DNA of 40,221 nucleotides from a virus (IMGVR_UViG_3300037311_000474:1-40221); one strand, 5' to 3'. Positions 1-7,145 are shown, numbered from the stretch's first letter. The notes: generated by a model from the sequence alone, not told the origin. Numbers and translations are program-made.

Positions 1-1035
1 TCACGGCGTGATCCTGTCCAGCGGGCTTACAGTGCCTCGTGCTGCCACAGATCCGACGACGTGTGTGTAGATCGTCGTCGTCTCGATGTCCTTGTGGCCC
101 AGGAGCTCCTGAATCGTGCGCAGATCGGTACCGGCCTGCAGTAGGTGTGTCGCGAAGCAGTGGCGCAGCGTGTGCGGCGAGGCTGGTTTGCCGATGCCTG
201 CGGCTTGGCTGGCGCTCTTCATGGCCCGCTGCACGGTCCAATCAAAGATGTGGTGTCGCCGATGCTCGCCAGTCTCGGGATCGACGTGATAGCCCTCAGT
301 GGCAAACACGTACTGCCAAGCCCATTCGCTGCCGGCATTCGGATACTTGCGAGCCAAGGCATGCGGCAGGCCGACGCTGGCGTGTCCAGTGGCAAGGTCC
401 AAGTGATGCCAGCGGCGCCGCTCTTCGAGCAGCTCGGTCAGGCGTGATACCAGGCAGCGCGGCACCATGGTGACGCGGTCCTTGTCTCCTTTCCCGCCGC
501 GGACGGTCAGTCGCAGCTGTGGCAGGTCCAGATCCTTGACCCGGAGGTTCTGACCTTCGGCCAAACGCAAGCCGGTGCCGTACAGCAGCTCAAGGAACAG
601 CCTGGCCCGGCCTTGGACGCGCGCCAGCAGAGCCTGGGTCTCCTGTACCGAAAGCACGACGGGGAGCCTCACCGACTGCTTGGCCCGAACGATGCCGTCG
701 ATCCAGCCAATGTCCTCTTCGTACACCTTCTGGTACAAGAACAGAAGCGCCGCCAGTGCTTGGCGTTGGGTGCTGGCTGACACCTTGCGCTCGGTGGCCA
801 GCCAACTCAAGAAGTCGCGAACCTCGGTGTGTCCAAGCTCACGCGGCGGTCGCCCCGCCCAGTGCGCGAACAGCTTGATCCAGTGCCAGTACGCGGAGAA
901 GGTGTGCCGGCTGTAGTGGCGCACTGCGCAGGCGGCCTGCACTGCCTCTCGAAGCGTGCGAGGCCGCGCGTCGCATAACGCCGGCGCGGCGCCGGTCATA
1001 ACGACGGGCTGTGCAGGTGCGACAAGGGCTTGCAT
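1..1035 (-). CDS. intI: Integron integrase (tyrosine recombinase, IntI family)
   Basis: N-terminal HYSxxTxxAYxxW. Box I LLYGTGLR, GGKGDKDR. IntI-specific insertion VGLPHALARKYPNAGSEWAWQYVF. Box II HTLRHCFATHLL...IQELLGH...TTTIYTHV. Confidence 0.97.
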   Translation of the reverse strand: MQALVAPAQPVVMTGAAPALCDARPRTLREAVQAACAVRHYSRHTFSAYWHWIKLFAHWAGRPPRELGHTEVRDFLSWLATERKVSASTQRQALAALLFLYQKVYEEDIGWIDGIVRAKQSVRLPVVLSVQETQALLARVQGRARLFLELLYGTGLRLAEGQNLRVKDLDLPQLRLTVRGGKGDKDRVTMVPRCLVSRLTELLEERRRWHHLDLATGHASVGLPHALARKYPNAGSEWAWQYVFATEGYHVDPETGEHRRHHIFDWTVQRAMKSASQAAGIGKPASPHTLRHCFATHLLQAGTDLRTIQELLGHKDIETTTIYTHVVGSVAARGTVSPLDRITP

Positions 1036-1046
1036 AGCTCGCCGAT

Positions 1047-1087
1047 GGTGTTATCCGACTTGGCTGTCTGCCGAATTCACGTTAGGC
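1047..1087 (+). other. attI: attI-like site, core GTTAGGC at 1081-1087 (crossover G/TT at 1081/1082)
   Basis: GTTRRRY 46 bp upstream of the intI start, with no upstream RYYYAAC partner. GTTAGGCC complements GGCCTAAC of the first attC. An extra GTTATCC lies at 1050-1056. The left boundary is approximate. Confidence 0.75.
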
Positions 1088-1365
1088 CCCGCGAGTTTGC
1101 GGCCCGCGTCAATCAGTGCGTTCATGCCTTCGCCGCCATCCTCGAAGTCCTCCAGATCCGCCACCGCCTGCAACGGCACCAGTGCGACGTTGATCCACGT
1201 CCGCAGAACGTCAGCTTCTCCGCGCAGCCGCTGAATCTCGTCACCATCGGCCTCGATGCGGTCTGCCGCTTGCCGGGCCCGGCTCACAAACTGTCGCAGC
1301 GTCATCGGGTCTGGGCTTTCCGGCATCGGCATGCGCAGCACGCCAAGCAGCATCACATCGCTCAT
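1051..1365 (-). CDS. Cassette 1 hypothetical protein; reads through attI
   Basis: 104 aa, GGAG RBS, phage-like AADRIEA...EIQRLR motif. The stop is 15 bp before the intI start. Confidence 0.75.
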   Translation of the reverse strand: MSDVMLLGVLRMPMPESPDPMTLRQFVSRARQAADRIEADGDEIQRLRGEADVLRTWINVALVPLQAVADLEDFEDGGEGMNALIDAGRKLAGPNVNSADSQVG

Positions 1366-1391
1366 GCTTTTTCTCCGGTTGGTTACGGCTG

Positions 1392-1494
1392 GCCTAACTG
1401 GTCGCTCAAGCGGCGACCCAGCACGGCGGGTTAGGTTTCCTTGGTACTCGTAGGCCTCGGCGCCGTGCAGGTCGCCTTAGCTCCTACGTTAGGC
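1392..1494 (+). repeat. attC: attC site 1 (103 bp, repeated family)
   Basis: GCCTAAC-N5-GCTCAAGCGGCGACC...GGTCGCCTTAGC-N6-GTTAGGC, with the extrahelical base in the left L box. Confidence 0.95.
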
Positions 1495-1857
1495 CTTACC
1501 GGGCCGCGCACGGGCGAAGGCGCCCACGCAACTCGTGTCGCTCTTGGCCTGCTGCCTCAGTTCGGCGGCCGTGGTCACTCGCGGAGCGGCATTCGTCGCG
1601 GCCTCTTCCCTGCGCGCATCCACAGCTTCGCCGAGGAACTGGAACGGGTGAACCCATCGCGCCAGCCCGGTGGCGACGGTGTGCTCGGCCAGCCACCGGA
1701 AACGCTCGGCATCTGCCGCGTAGGTCTCGGCTGCCTTCGCAAGCTCGCCGAGCAGCTCGCCGGCTTTCTCGGTGTGCTCAATGGTCCCGAAGGCCAGCGG
1801 GTGCGAGGTCATGCTCATCGCAAGTTGCCTCGCTTCTTCCAGTTTCTGCTTATCCAC
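1489..1857 (-). CDS. Cassette 2 phage hypothetical protein (Ead/Ea22-like DAERFRWL motif)
   Basis: 122 aa. The TAA stop lies inside the R' box of attC1. Confidence 0.7.
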   Translation of the reverse strand: MDKQKLEEARQLAMSMTSHPLAFGTIEHTEKAGELLGELAKAAETYAADAERFRWLAEHTVATGLARWVHPFQFLGEAVDARREEAATNAAPRVTTAAELRQQAKSDTSCVGAFARARPGKA

Positions 1858-1903
1858 GTCGTTTAGTCCTAGTACGGTTGCATTGCGCGCTTCGGCTACA
1901 GGG

Positions 1904-1955
1904 GCCTAACACTTCGTTCCAGCCGACCTACGGCGGCTGAACTCGGGCGTTGGGC
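1904..1955 (+). repeat. attC: attC site 2 (52 bp, very short)
   Basis: GCCTAAC ACTTC GTTCCAGCCG ACCTACGG CGGCTGAAC TCGGGC GTTGGGC. Confidence 0.9.
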
Positions 1956-2278
1956 GGCTTGCTGTCTGCCGAGGCTGCGGCCTCCTCGACGATCTGCCGC
2001 CGAATCAGGGCGCACTTATCGTCGCCCTCCCACAAACAGCAGATGTCCCAAACTTGGCGCCGCGAAACGCTGTAGCGCTTGCCGCTGAATTGCAAACTGA
2101 TGCCCAGTTTCACCGCCAGCCGCAGCGCATCGCCGTCGTCTTCCAGCGGGTTCCACGGCTCTTGCACGCCGACCAGCAGCAGGCCGCGCCCGTCGTCGCT
2201 CCAGCGCCCAACGCCGTAGCCTGCCGCCTTCGCCGCCTTCTCCACCAATCGCATATCGCGCAAGCTATCCATGCTCAC
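1928..2278 (-). CDS. Cassette 3 phage hypothetical protein
   Basis: AAGGAG RBS. AAKAAG...WNPLEDDGDALRLAVKL resembles phage early hypothetical proteins. Ends inside attC2. Confidence 0.8.
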   Translation of the reverse strand: MSMDSLRDMRLVEKAAKAAGYGVGRWSDDGRGLLLVGVQEPWNPLEDDGDALRLAVKLGISLQFSGKRYSVSRRQVWDICCLWEGDDKCALIRRQIVEEAAASADSKPPNARVQPP

Positions 2279-2301
2279 TCCTTCTCGCTTCGGATACGGC
2301 C

Positions 2302-2374
2302 GCCCAACTGCTCGCCCAAGGCCGACCCACTCCGGCCTGCGGCCTACGTGGTCGCCTTGCCTCGGGCGTTAGGC
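2302..2374 (+). repeat. attC: attC site 3 (73 bp)
   Basis: GCCCAAC...CCAAGGCCGACC...GGTCGCCTTG...GTTAGGC. Confidence 0.88.
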
Positions 2375-2375
2375 G

Positions 2376-2600
2376 TCAGCGCAACTCTTTCAGCGTGCTG
2401 GCGTCGTAGCACTTGAAGCCTTCCCATGCCCATGTGCCGCGCAGCCGTTTCCCGCCTTTGGCCTCGCAGTCGGCCTTTGCCGTAACTGCTCCGGTCAGCG
2501 TGATCGCAATCACCGCCAGCGCCACCACGATGAATGCTGCCTTGAGTTGATCTCTGCCAGTACACATGACGCCTAACCCTGCGTTCGAGCGGACGGCCAA
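2376..2600 (-). CDS. Cassette 4 small membrane or exported protein (TTG 2600 inside attC4, or ATG 2567)
   Basis: Hydrophobic AAFIVVALAVIAITLTGAV followed by a Cys pair (CEAKGG...FKC). Confidence 0.65.
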   Translation of the reverse strand: MAVRSNAGLGVMCTGRDQLKAAFIVVALAVIAITLTGAVTAKADCEAKGGKRLRGTWAWEGFKCYDASTLKELR

Positions 2601-2657
2601 TGGCCGTCCTTAGTTGTTGAAACGTCAAGCGGGCCTCCGCTCAACTCCACGTTAGGC
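2571..2657 (+). repeat. attC: attC site 4 (87 bp)
   Basis: GCCTAAC CCTGC GTTCGAGCGGACGGCC...GGCCTCCGCTCAAC TCCAC GTTAGGC. Confidence 0.93.
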
Positions 2658-2936
2658 GCTCGCAAAATCCTTCATCACCAACTCCGCAGCGCCTTCGGGC
2701 AGCAGTTCTGTGCACGTCGAATACTTAGCGTCCATCCATGGCTGTGCGGTGTCCGCGATCCTGGCGCGCAGGAACAAGCCTCTGTTCTCGTCGCCAGCTT
2801 CAGCGTGCGCCAGCGCTCGCGCTTCGGCCTCGGTTTCCGCGCGCACCACAAAGCCGAATGCCTTGTCGTACCACGGTTCCCACGGGTCGTCGTTCTTTGC
2901 CAGCCCGTCCACCGGGCGCAGCAGCCATAGCTTCAT
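2652..2936 (-). CDS. Cassette 5 phage hypothetical protein
   Basis: 94 aa, AAGGAG RBS, YDKAFGFVVRAETEAEAR motif. The stop lies in R' of attC4. Confidence 0.85.
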   Translation of the reverse strand: MKLWLLRPVDGLAKNDDPWEPWYDKAFGFVVRAETEAEARALAHAEAGDENRGLFLRARIADTAQPWMDAKYSTCTELLPEGAAELVMKDFASA

Positions 2937-2957
2937 CGTGTTTCTCCTTTAGTCCGC

Positions 2958-3060
2958 GCCTAACTGTTCGCTCAAGCGGCGACCCAGCACGGCGGGTTAG
3001 GTTTCCTCGGTACTCGTAGGCCTCGGCGCCGTGCAGGTCGCCTTGGCTCCTGCGTTAGGC
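2958..3060 (+). repeat. attC: attC site 5 (103 bp; about 4 mismatches to attC1)
   Basis: Near-identical to 1392-1494. Confidence 0.95.
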
Positions 3061-3386
3061 CGTACAAGGGCGCGCAAAGCCTTCCATGCTTCACAGTAGC
3101 GGCGCGTCCGTCGGTAAAGCGCGGCTTCGTTCTCTTGTTGCGTGCCGTTCAGGCCGCTGGCGCCGTTGTATTCGTCGTGCGCGGCAACAAACTCGGCCAC
3201 AACTGCGCGCAACCGCTCGATCTCGTCGGCCGCCTCGGTCAACAGCGGGTCTGGACTGTCGCGAAGTCCATCAAAGCCAAATAGCTCTTCGCCCTGCGCC
3301 GCTTCGCGCATCCGCTCAAGCATCGGCCTAACAGGCAAGTCAACCTGACCTGCGTCGGCGTTCGGCTTTTGTTCGGTATCAGGCAT
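2997..3386 (-). CDS. Cassette 6 phage hypothetical protein; starts in attC6, ends in attC5
   Basis: AAGGAGG RBS and ATG inside the attC6 loop. LLTEAADEIERLR motif. Confidence 0.75.
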   Translation of the reverse strand: MPDTEQKPNADAGQVDLPVRPMLERMREAAQGEELFGFDGLRDSPDPLLTEAADEIERLRAVVAEFVAAHDEYNGASGLNGTQQENEAALYRRTRRYCEAWKALRALVRPNAGAKATCTAPRPTSTEET

Positions 3387-3423
3387 TTTCACGCCTCCTT
3401 GTCAGGTTACTGGCGCGTTCGGC
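3326..3423 (+). repeat. attC: attC site 6 (98 bp, R' = GTTCGGC)
   Basis: GCCTAAC AGGCAA GTCAACCTGAC...GTCAGGTTAC TGGCGC GTTCGGC. Confidence 0.85.
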
Positions 3424-3424
3424 C

Positions 3425-3736
3425 TCACGCGGTACGCGCTGCGGCGTGCTGGCGCTTGATCCAGTCGGCCCACTCGGCGGCAAACTGCTCGCTGCCAGCC
3501 TTCCACGTTTCGTAACCGTGCGTCCACTCAACCACCACGGCGCGCGCAGCAGGCAATTCGTCGCCAGCCGCTTCGCAAATCCATCGGTTGGTGACGGTGG
3601 CCGCAAATTCGGCCAGGGGCTTGCTGGGGGCCGGAATAAGATCGTCCGGCCCCTCAATGTGCACAGCCCAGCACTTGATGCCGTCAAATGTTTCGCGTAT
3701 CGCTTTAGACAGCGGGCCCTCGGTTTCGTTGCTCAT
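3425..3736 (-). CDS. Cassette 7 phage hypothetical protein
   Basis: 103 aa, AAGGA RBS, WAVHIEGPDDLIPAPS motif. Confidence 0.8.
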   Translation of the reverse strand: MSNETEGPLSKAIRETFDGIKCWAVHIEGPDDLIPAPSKPLAEFAATVTNRWICEAAGDELPAARAVVVEWTHGYETWKAGSEQFAAEWADWIKRQHAAARTA

Positions 3737-3767
3737 GCTTACGTCCTTTTGATTGCAGATAACACCA

Positions 3768-3870
3768 GCCGAACTGGTCGCTCAAGCGGCGACCCAGCAC
3801 GGCGGGTTAGGTTTCCTCGGTACGCGTAGGCCTCGGCGCCGTGCAGGTCGCCTTAGCTCCTACGTTGTGC
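3768..3870 (+). repeat. attC: attC site 7 (103 bp family; R'' GCCGAAC, R' GTTGTGC)
   Basis: Near-identical core to attC1 and attC5. Confidence 0.93.
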
Positions 3871-3871
3871 T

Positions 3872-4489
3872 TCACGCGGCGCACGCAGCGGGCTCCGTCT
3901 CGCGCCGCAGTTCCGCGATGAACAGCGGCCACAGCGTGCGCCAAAAGTTCACCGCAAATGGCTTCGGCCGCGTCTGGATGTACTCCCACGGCTCGCTGAG
4001 AAACTTGGCCGCATCGGGCTTACTGTCAAGGCGCAGGCTTTGCGCAGCATCGTCCAGCGCGCGCACCCAGTCGTCCGGCGAGCTGGTCGCCCACTGTTCG
4101 CACTCCTTCAGGGCGTCCCACAAGGCGCGGGCGTCTTCCTTGCTCAGCCGAGTGTGCTTGCGGTTCTCAATTACCCGCTCGCGCATCGCCCGCATGCTGC
4201 CGTTGCCGTCGAACTGCTCCAGCTTGGCGCCCAAGAACTTGCCGAAGGCATAGTCGAACTCGACCTCCTGCAGGAACTCCTTGAACGGGTTGGCGCAGGC
4301 CGTCCAGATGTAGCCCCAGGTGCCGAAGCTCGATTGAATGGTGATCTCGCCGCAGTAGTAGGTACCCTCGTGCGGCGTGCCAACGTTGGCGCGGCGGTCC
4401 CAGCAGTGAAGCGTGATGTTTGCCCACTCACCGCCGCGCTTGCCGTCTCGCACTTCGTAGCACTCGCGCACGCTCTTGGTCACTGGCAT
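3872..4489 (-). CDS. Cassette 8 phage hypothetical protein (205 aa from MPVTK)
   Basis: Protein-like composition (GEITIQSSFGTWGYIW), with AAGGA upstream of ATG 4489. Confidence 0.8.
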   Translation of the reverse strand: MPVTKSVRECYEVRDGKRGGEWANITLHCWDRRANVGTPHEGTYYCGEITIQSSFGTWGYIWTACANPFKEFLQEVEFDYAFGKFLGAKLEQFDGNGSMRAMRERVIENRKHTRLSKEDARALWDALKECEQWATSSPDDWVRALDDAAQSLRLDSKPDAAKFLSEPWEYIQTRPKPFAVNFWRTLWPLFIAELRRETEPAACAA

Positions 4490-4519
4490 TCCGTCTTTCC
4501 TTCGCTTCGGATAAGTGAA

Positions 4520-4581
4520 GCACAACTGGTTAATCGAGAGGGACGCCCGCAGGCGGGCGCCCCTCATTGCCGGCGTTAGGC
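4520..4581 (+). repeat. attC: attC site 8 (62 bp), last site of the array
   Basis: GCACAAC TGGTT AATCGAGAGGGACGCCCG CAGG CGGGCGCCCCTCATT GCCGGC GTTAGGC. Confidence 0.85.
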
Positions 4582-4582
4582 T

Positions 4583-4864
4583 TCACGCCATAGCCCCAAC
4601 ACGCGCCGCGTACTGCCACACGGAGGTGGCCTGGCGCAGCGCGTTGCTCATGGGGGAGTCGGCGGCAGCGTAGTCGTCGCCGGTGCGCACTGCGCGGCCG
4701 CTGGCCACGAGGGACTGCAGGGCGCTGTGCACCTGTGCGCGGCTGAGTGCCACAACGGTGAGCACTGCGTCGATCGTCATCGATCCGTGGTCGTGCAGGG
4801 CCTGCAGCACAACCGGCTGAGTGGCCTTGATGGCAATGCGGCGGGCCGCAGTCTTGCGGGGCAT
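4583..4864 (-). CDS. Small winged-helix/HTH DNA-binding protein
   Basis: VVLQALHDHGSMTIDAVLTVVALSRAQVHSALQSLVASG pattern, GGAGG RBS. Confidence 0.6.
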   Translation of the reverse strand: MPRKTAARRIAIKATQPVVLQALHDHGSMTIDAVLTVVALSRAQVHSALQSLVASGRAVRTGDDYAAADSPMSNALRQATSVWQYAARVGAMA

Positions 4865-5064
4865 CAGGCACCTCCTGCCTGCGCGCGCGGCGCATCGTCG
4901 CGGCCGAGCTGGCCGATGCAGACCGTGGTGTCTCGGCCGACGTTGCCGGCCAGCGCACCGACAACTCGACGCTGCACCCGCTGGATCGCGTCCGCCACCT
5001 CGCCCTGGTTGGCGGCCAGGCGGACGACGGCGGTGGGGCCGTCGTGGAGGTGGGCGGTGGTCAT
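4864..5064 (-). CDS. Early hypothetical protein
   Basis: TGATG overlaps with both neighbours. Confidence 0.55.
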   Translation of the reverse strand: MTTAHLHDGPTAVVRLAANQGEVADAIQRVQRRVVGALAGNVGRDTTVCIGQLGRDDAPRAQAGGA

Positions 5065-5327
5065 CAGGCTTCCGTCGTGGTGGGGCTGAGATCGTTCGCA
5101 GCGGCCAGGCGCGCGTCGAACGGTGGGTGGGCGGCGCGCTGCTGTTGGCGGTACAGCGCGAGCGCCATGCCGCTCAGGACCTGGCCCTTGATCGGGTCGT
5201 TCATGGCGGCGGTGATGCTCTTGAACGCGCCCGCCGGGTCGATGCGGCGCAGCGCCTCGGCGAAGAGGGCCTCGTGTGTCTCGGGCGTGAGGCGCACGCG
5301 GTCGGCGGTGGTGCGGCGTGCGTTCAC
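5064..5327 (-). CDS. Early hypothetical protein
   Basis: GTGA overlap. C-terminal FDARLAAAND motif. Confidence 0.55.
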   Translation of the reverse strand: MNARRTTADRVRLTPETHEALFAEALRRIDPAGAFKSITAAMNDPIKGQVLSGMALALYRQQQRAAHPPFDARLAAANDLSPTTTEA

Positions 5328-5542
5328 CGCTGCCACCACAGAGCAATGGCCAGCCGAACGCGCTCCAGAAGCGGCAGGGGGCGGCAGGGCGTGATGGCTG
5401 CGCGCCCGGTACCGGGCACGGTTGGCGGCTCGGATGCTTCTTCCAGGAGCCCGGGCTGCGTCATGGACTCGTCGAAGGCCGGCACCTGGCAGCGGCGCTG
5501 CGGCCAAAGGCTGGGCCGGCTGAGCGGCTTGACGTTGGGCAT
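5324..5542 (-). CDS. Early hypothetical protein
   Basis: Tightly coupled within the leftward operon. Confidence 0.45.
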   Translation of the reverse strand: MPNVKPLSRPSLWPQRRCQVPAFDESMTQPGLLEEASEPPTVPGTGRAAITPCRPLPLLERVRLAIALWWQR

Positions 5543-5544
5543 GA

Positions 5545-5712
5545 TCAGACCCCCTGAGCCAGCAGCCAGCTGATGGCTGCGAACGCGCCGACGCCGGCCA
5601 CCCGCCAGCTCCAGCGCTCGAGCAACTCCACCACCCGGCGCTCGCGCCGCGGGTCGAGCTCGGTGTGCTGCGCCATTGCGAACGCGGCGCGGCGCTGCGG
5701 TGTGTCGTTCAT
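5545..5712 (-). CDS. Small membrane protein
   Basis: GGAGG RBS, ATGA overlap, C-terminal hydrophobic helix. Confidence 0.55.
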   Translation of the reverse strand: MNDTPQRRAAFAMAQHTELDPRRERRVVELLERWSWRVAGVGAFAAISWLLAQGV

Positions 5713-6038
5713 CGAGCACCTCCGTGCAGGTGTTGCTTGGCTGCGGCCGAGCAGGTCAGGAACCAGTGGCGCCAGAAGTCGGCGCGCATGCGCTCGGCCT
5801 GGATGTCGGTGCGGTGCTCGTGCCGGGCCAGCGTGCTGTCGAGCGCCATGTCGCTGGGGCAGGCGGCCTCGAGCTGGGCCGGCGTGGCCGGCTTCACGTA
5901 GGTGCCGGGCGGCTGCTCGTGCAGCGGCCGCGGCCAGCTCGCCGGCTGGGGTGCGGCGCAGCCCTGCAGCAGCACGATGACGGCGCATGCCAGGGTGACA
6001 AGGACGGATGCGGCGAGGTGCCGCCAGACCGGGCTCAT
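5709..6038 (-). CDS. Putative lipoprotein
   Basis: Signal peptide with lipobox-like LLQGC. Confidence 0.55.
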   Translation of the reverse strand: MSPVWRHLAASVLVTLACAVIVLLQGCAAPQPASWPRPLHEQPPGTYVKPATPAQLEAACPSDMALDSTLARHEHRTDIQAERMRADFWRHWFLTCSAAAKQHLHGGAR

Positions 6039-6226
6039 CGCGCCCACCTACGCTGGTTGGCGGAGAGCGGTCCGCGCGCTACATTGCGATTTCCAACCCG
6101 CAGTGTCCGCTTGCAAACCCGTCTCTCCATGAACGCGCCGCGTGAGAAGCCCCACCGGCAATGGGAACCGCCTGTGCCAGCGCCGCCGGCTCGGCCGCCC
6201 GCCCCGCCACCAGCCCCAGCAAAGCG

Positions 6227-6721
6227 ATGACCATGGACCGCAACGACACCACGCTCACCAACACCACCCGCACGCACGGCCAGGCCGTCGCCGAGGTTCA
6301 GTACGCCGTCGAGTTCGGCCGGCTGAACGAGCGCTTCTGGCAGCGGCTGGACACTGTGCTGAACCTGATGCAGGTATTGGCCGGCGCATTGGCCTTGGCA
6401 GGAGCGTTCTCCGCCGGGCAGTGGCTGCCCGTGGCCGGGGTGGTGTTGGCGGTGGTGTCGGCCCTGCAGATCACGCTGGCGCCTGGCCGCCGCGCGGCGG
6501 GCTTCCTCGTCGCGCGGCGCGACTTCAGCGCGCTGCTGATGCGGGCCTGGAAGCTGGACCCGGCAGACCTGGACGCCGAGCTCGAAGCGCTGCGCGCGCA
6601 GGCGCCGCAGGGCCTGGAGCTGCTGAGTGCCCCGGCCTTCAACAACACCAGCCGCCGCAACGGGCACGACACGACGCTGCCCGAGCGCTGGCCGCACCGC
6701 CTGGCGCGCGCGCTGGCCTGA
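6227..6721 (+). CDS. Two-TM membrane protein, SLATT-like architecture
   Basis: Helix, two TM segments, then a helical tail. Antisense to the early operon. Confidence 0.6.
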   Translation: MTMDRNDTTLTNTTRTHGQAVAEVQYAVEFGRLNERFWQRLDTVLNLMQVLAGALALAGAFSAGQWLPVAGVVLAVVSALQITLAPGRRAAGFLVARRDFSALLMRAWKLDPADLDAELEALRAQAPQGLELLSAPAFNNTSRRNGHDTTLPERWPHRLARALA

Positions 6722-6744
6722 GGCAAGGGCCCGCGAAGCCGGGC

Positions 6745-7110
6745 TCACAGCAGCGGCTCCGGCGAGCCCATGCGCACCTCGTGCGGCCACGGGCCGGCGA
6801 CGGTGTCGCCGCTGCCCCAGCTGGTGGGGCCCAGCACCGGCAGCACGCAGGCGCCGAGCACATCGACGCTGGGCACGGCCACCAGGGTGCCAAAGTCGTC
6901 CAGCACGGCCATGCCCATGGGCGCGCTGATCGAAGGCCCCGGCGGCACCACGATGTAGCGACCCGCGCGCTGGTCACGCACCGGCCACGCAAAGCTGCCG
7001 TCCGGGAACCTCGAGATCGGGCTCAGGTGCGGCGCCGTCTGGCCGCTGCGCTGTGTCTTCTGGCGACCTTGCCCCGGCGCCTCCAGCGCCGCCTCGACCG
7101 TGTTCTGCAT
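6745..7110 (-). CDS. First gene after PL, hypothetical
   Basis: GGAGG RBS, directly downstream of the predicted promoter. Confidence 0.55.
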   Translation of the reverse strand: MQNTVEAALEAPGQGRQKTQRSGQTAPHLSPISRFPDGSFAWPVRDQRAGRYIVVPPGPSISAPMGMAVLDDFGTLVAVPSVDVLGACVLPVLGPTSWGSGDTVAGPWPHEVRMGSPEPLL

Positions 7111-7145
7111 CGCTGCCTCCAGCGGGTGATCCCGCGATGGAGGAG

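Larger units (their letters stand above)
1..4581. mobile_element. Complete integron (intI + attI + 8 cassettes) within the phage early region
   Basis: intI, an attI-like core and eight attC sites, each separated by one short ORF. Confidence 0.92.

Noticed and set aside
1-1035. Ordinary phage integrase or XerC/D
   Set aside because: It contains the IntI-specific ALARKYPNA...W.WQYVF insertion and adjoins attI and attC sites.
1036-1081. LexA box upstream of intI
   Set aside because: The CTGT at 1064 lacks the ACAG half-site.
1392-3870. Three 103-bp repeats as a CRISPR array or REP elements
   Set aside because: They are too long and are spaced by whole genes. They have R/L box attC structure, and no cas genes are present.
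1030-4579. Plus-strand ORFs as canonical forward cassette genes (e.g. 1441-1866, 2054-2416, 4040-4579)
   Set aside because: They read as antisense shadows with no RBS and do not fit cassette boundaries. The minus-strand ORFs have RBSs, recognisable motifs and one ORF per cassette.
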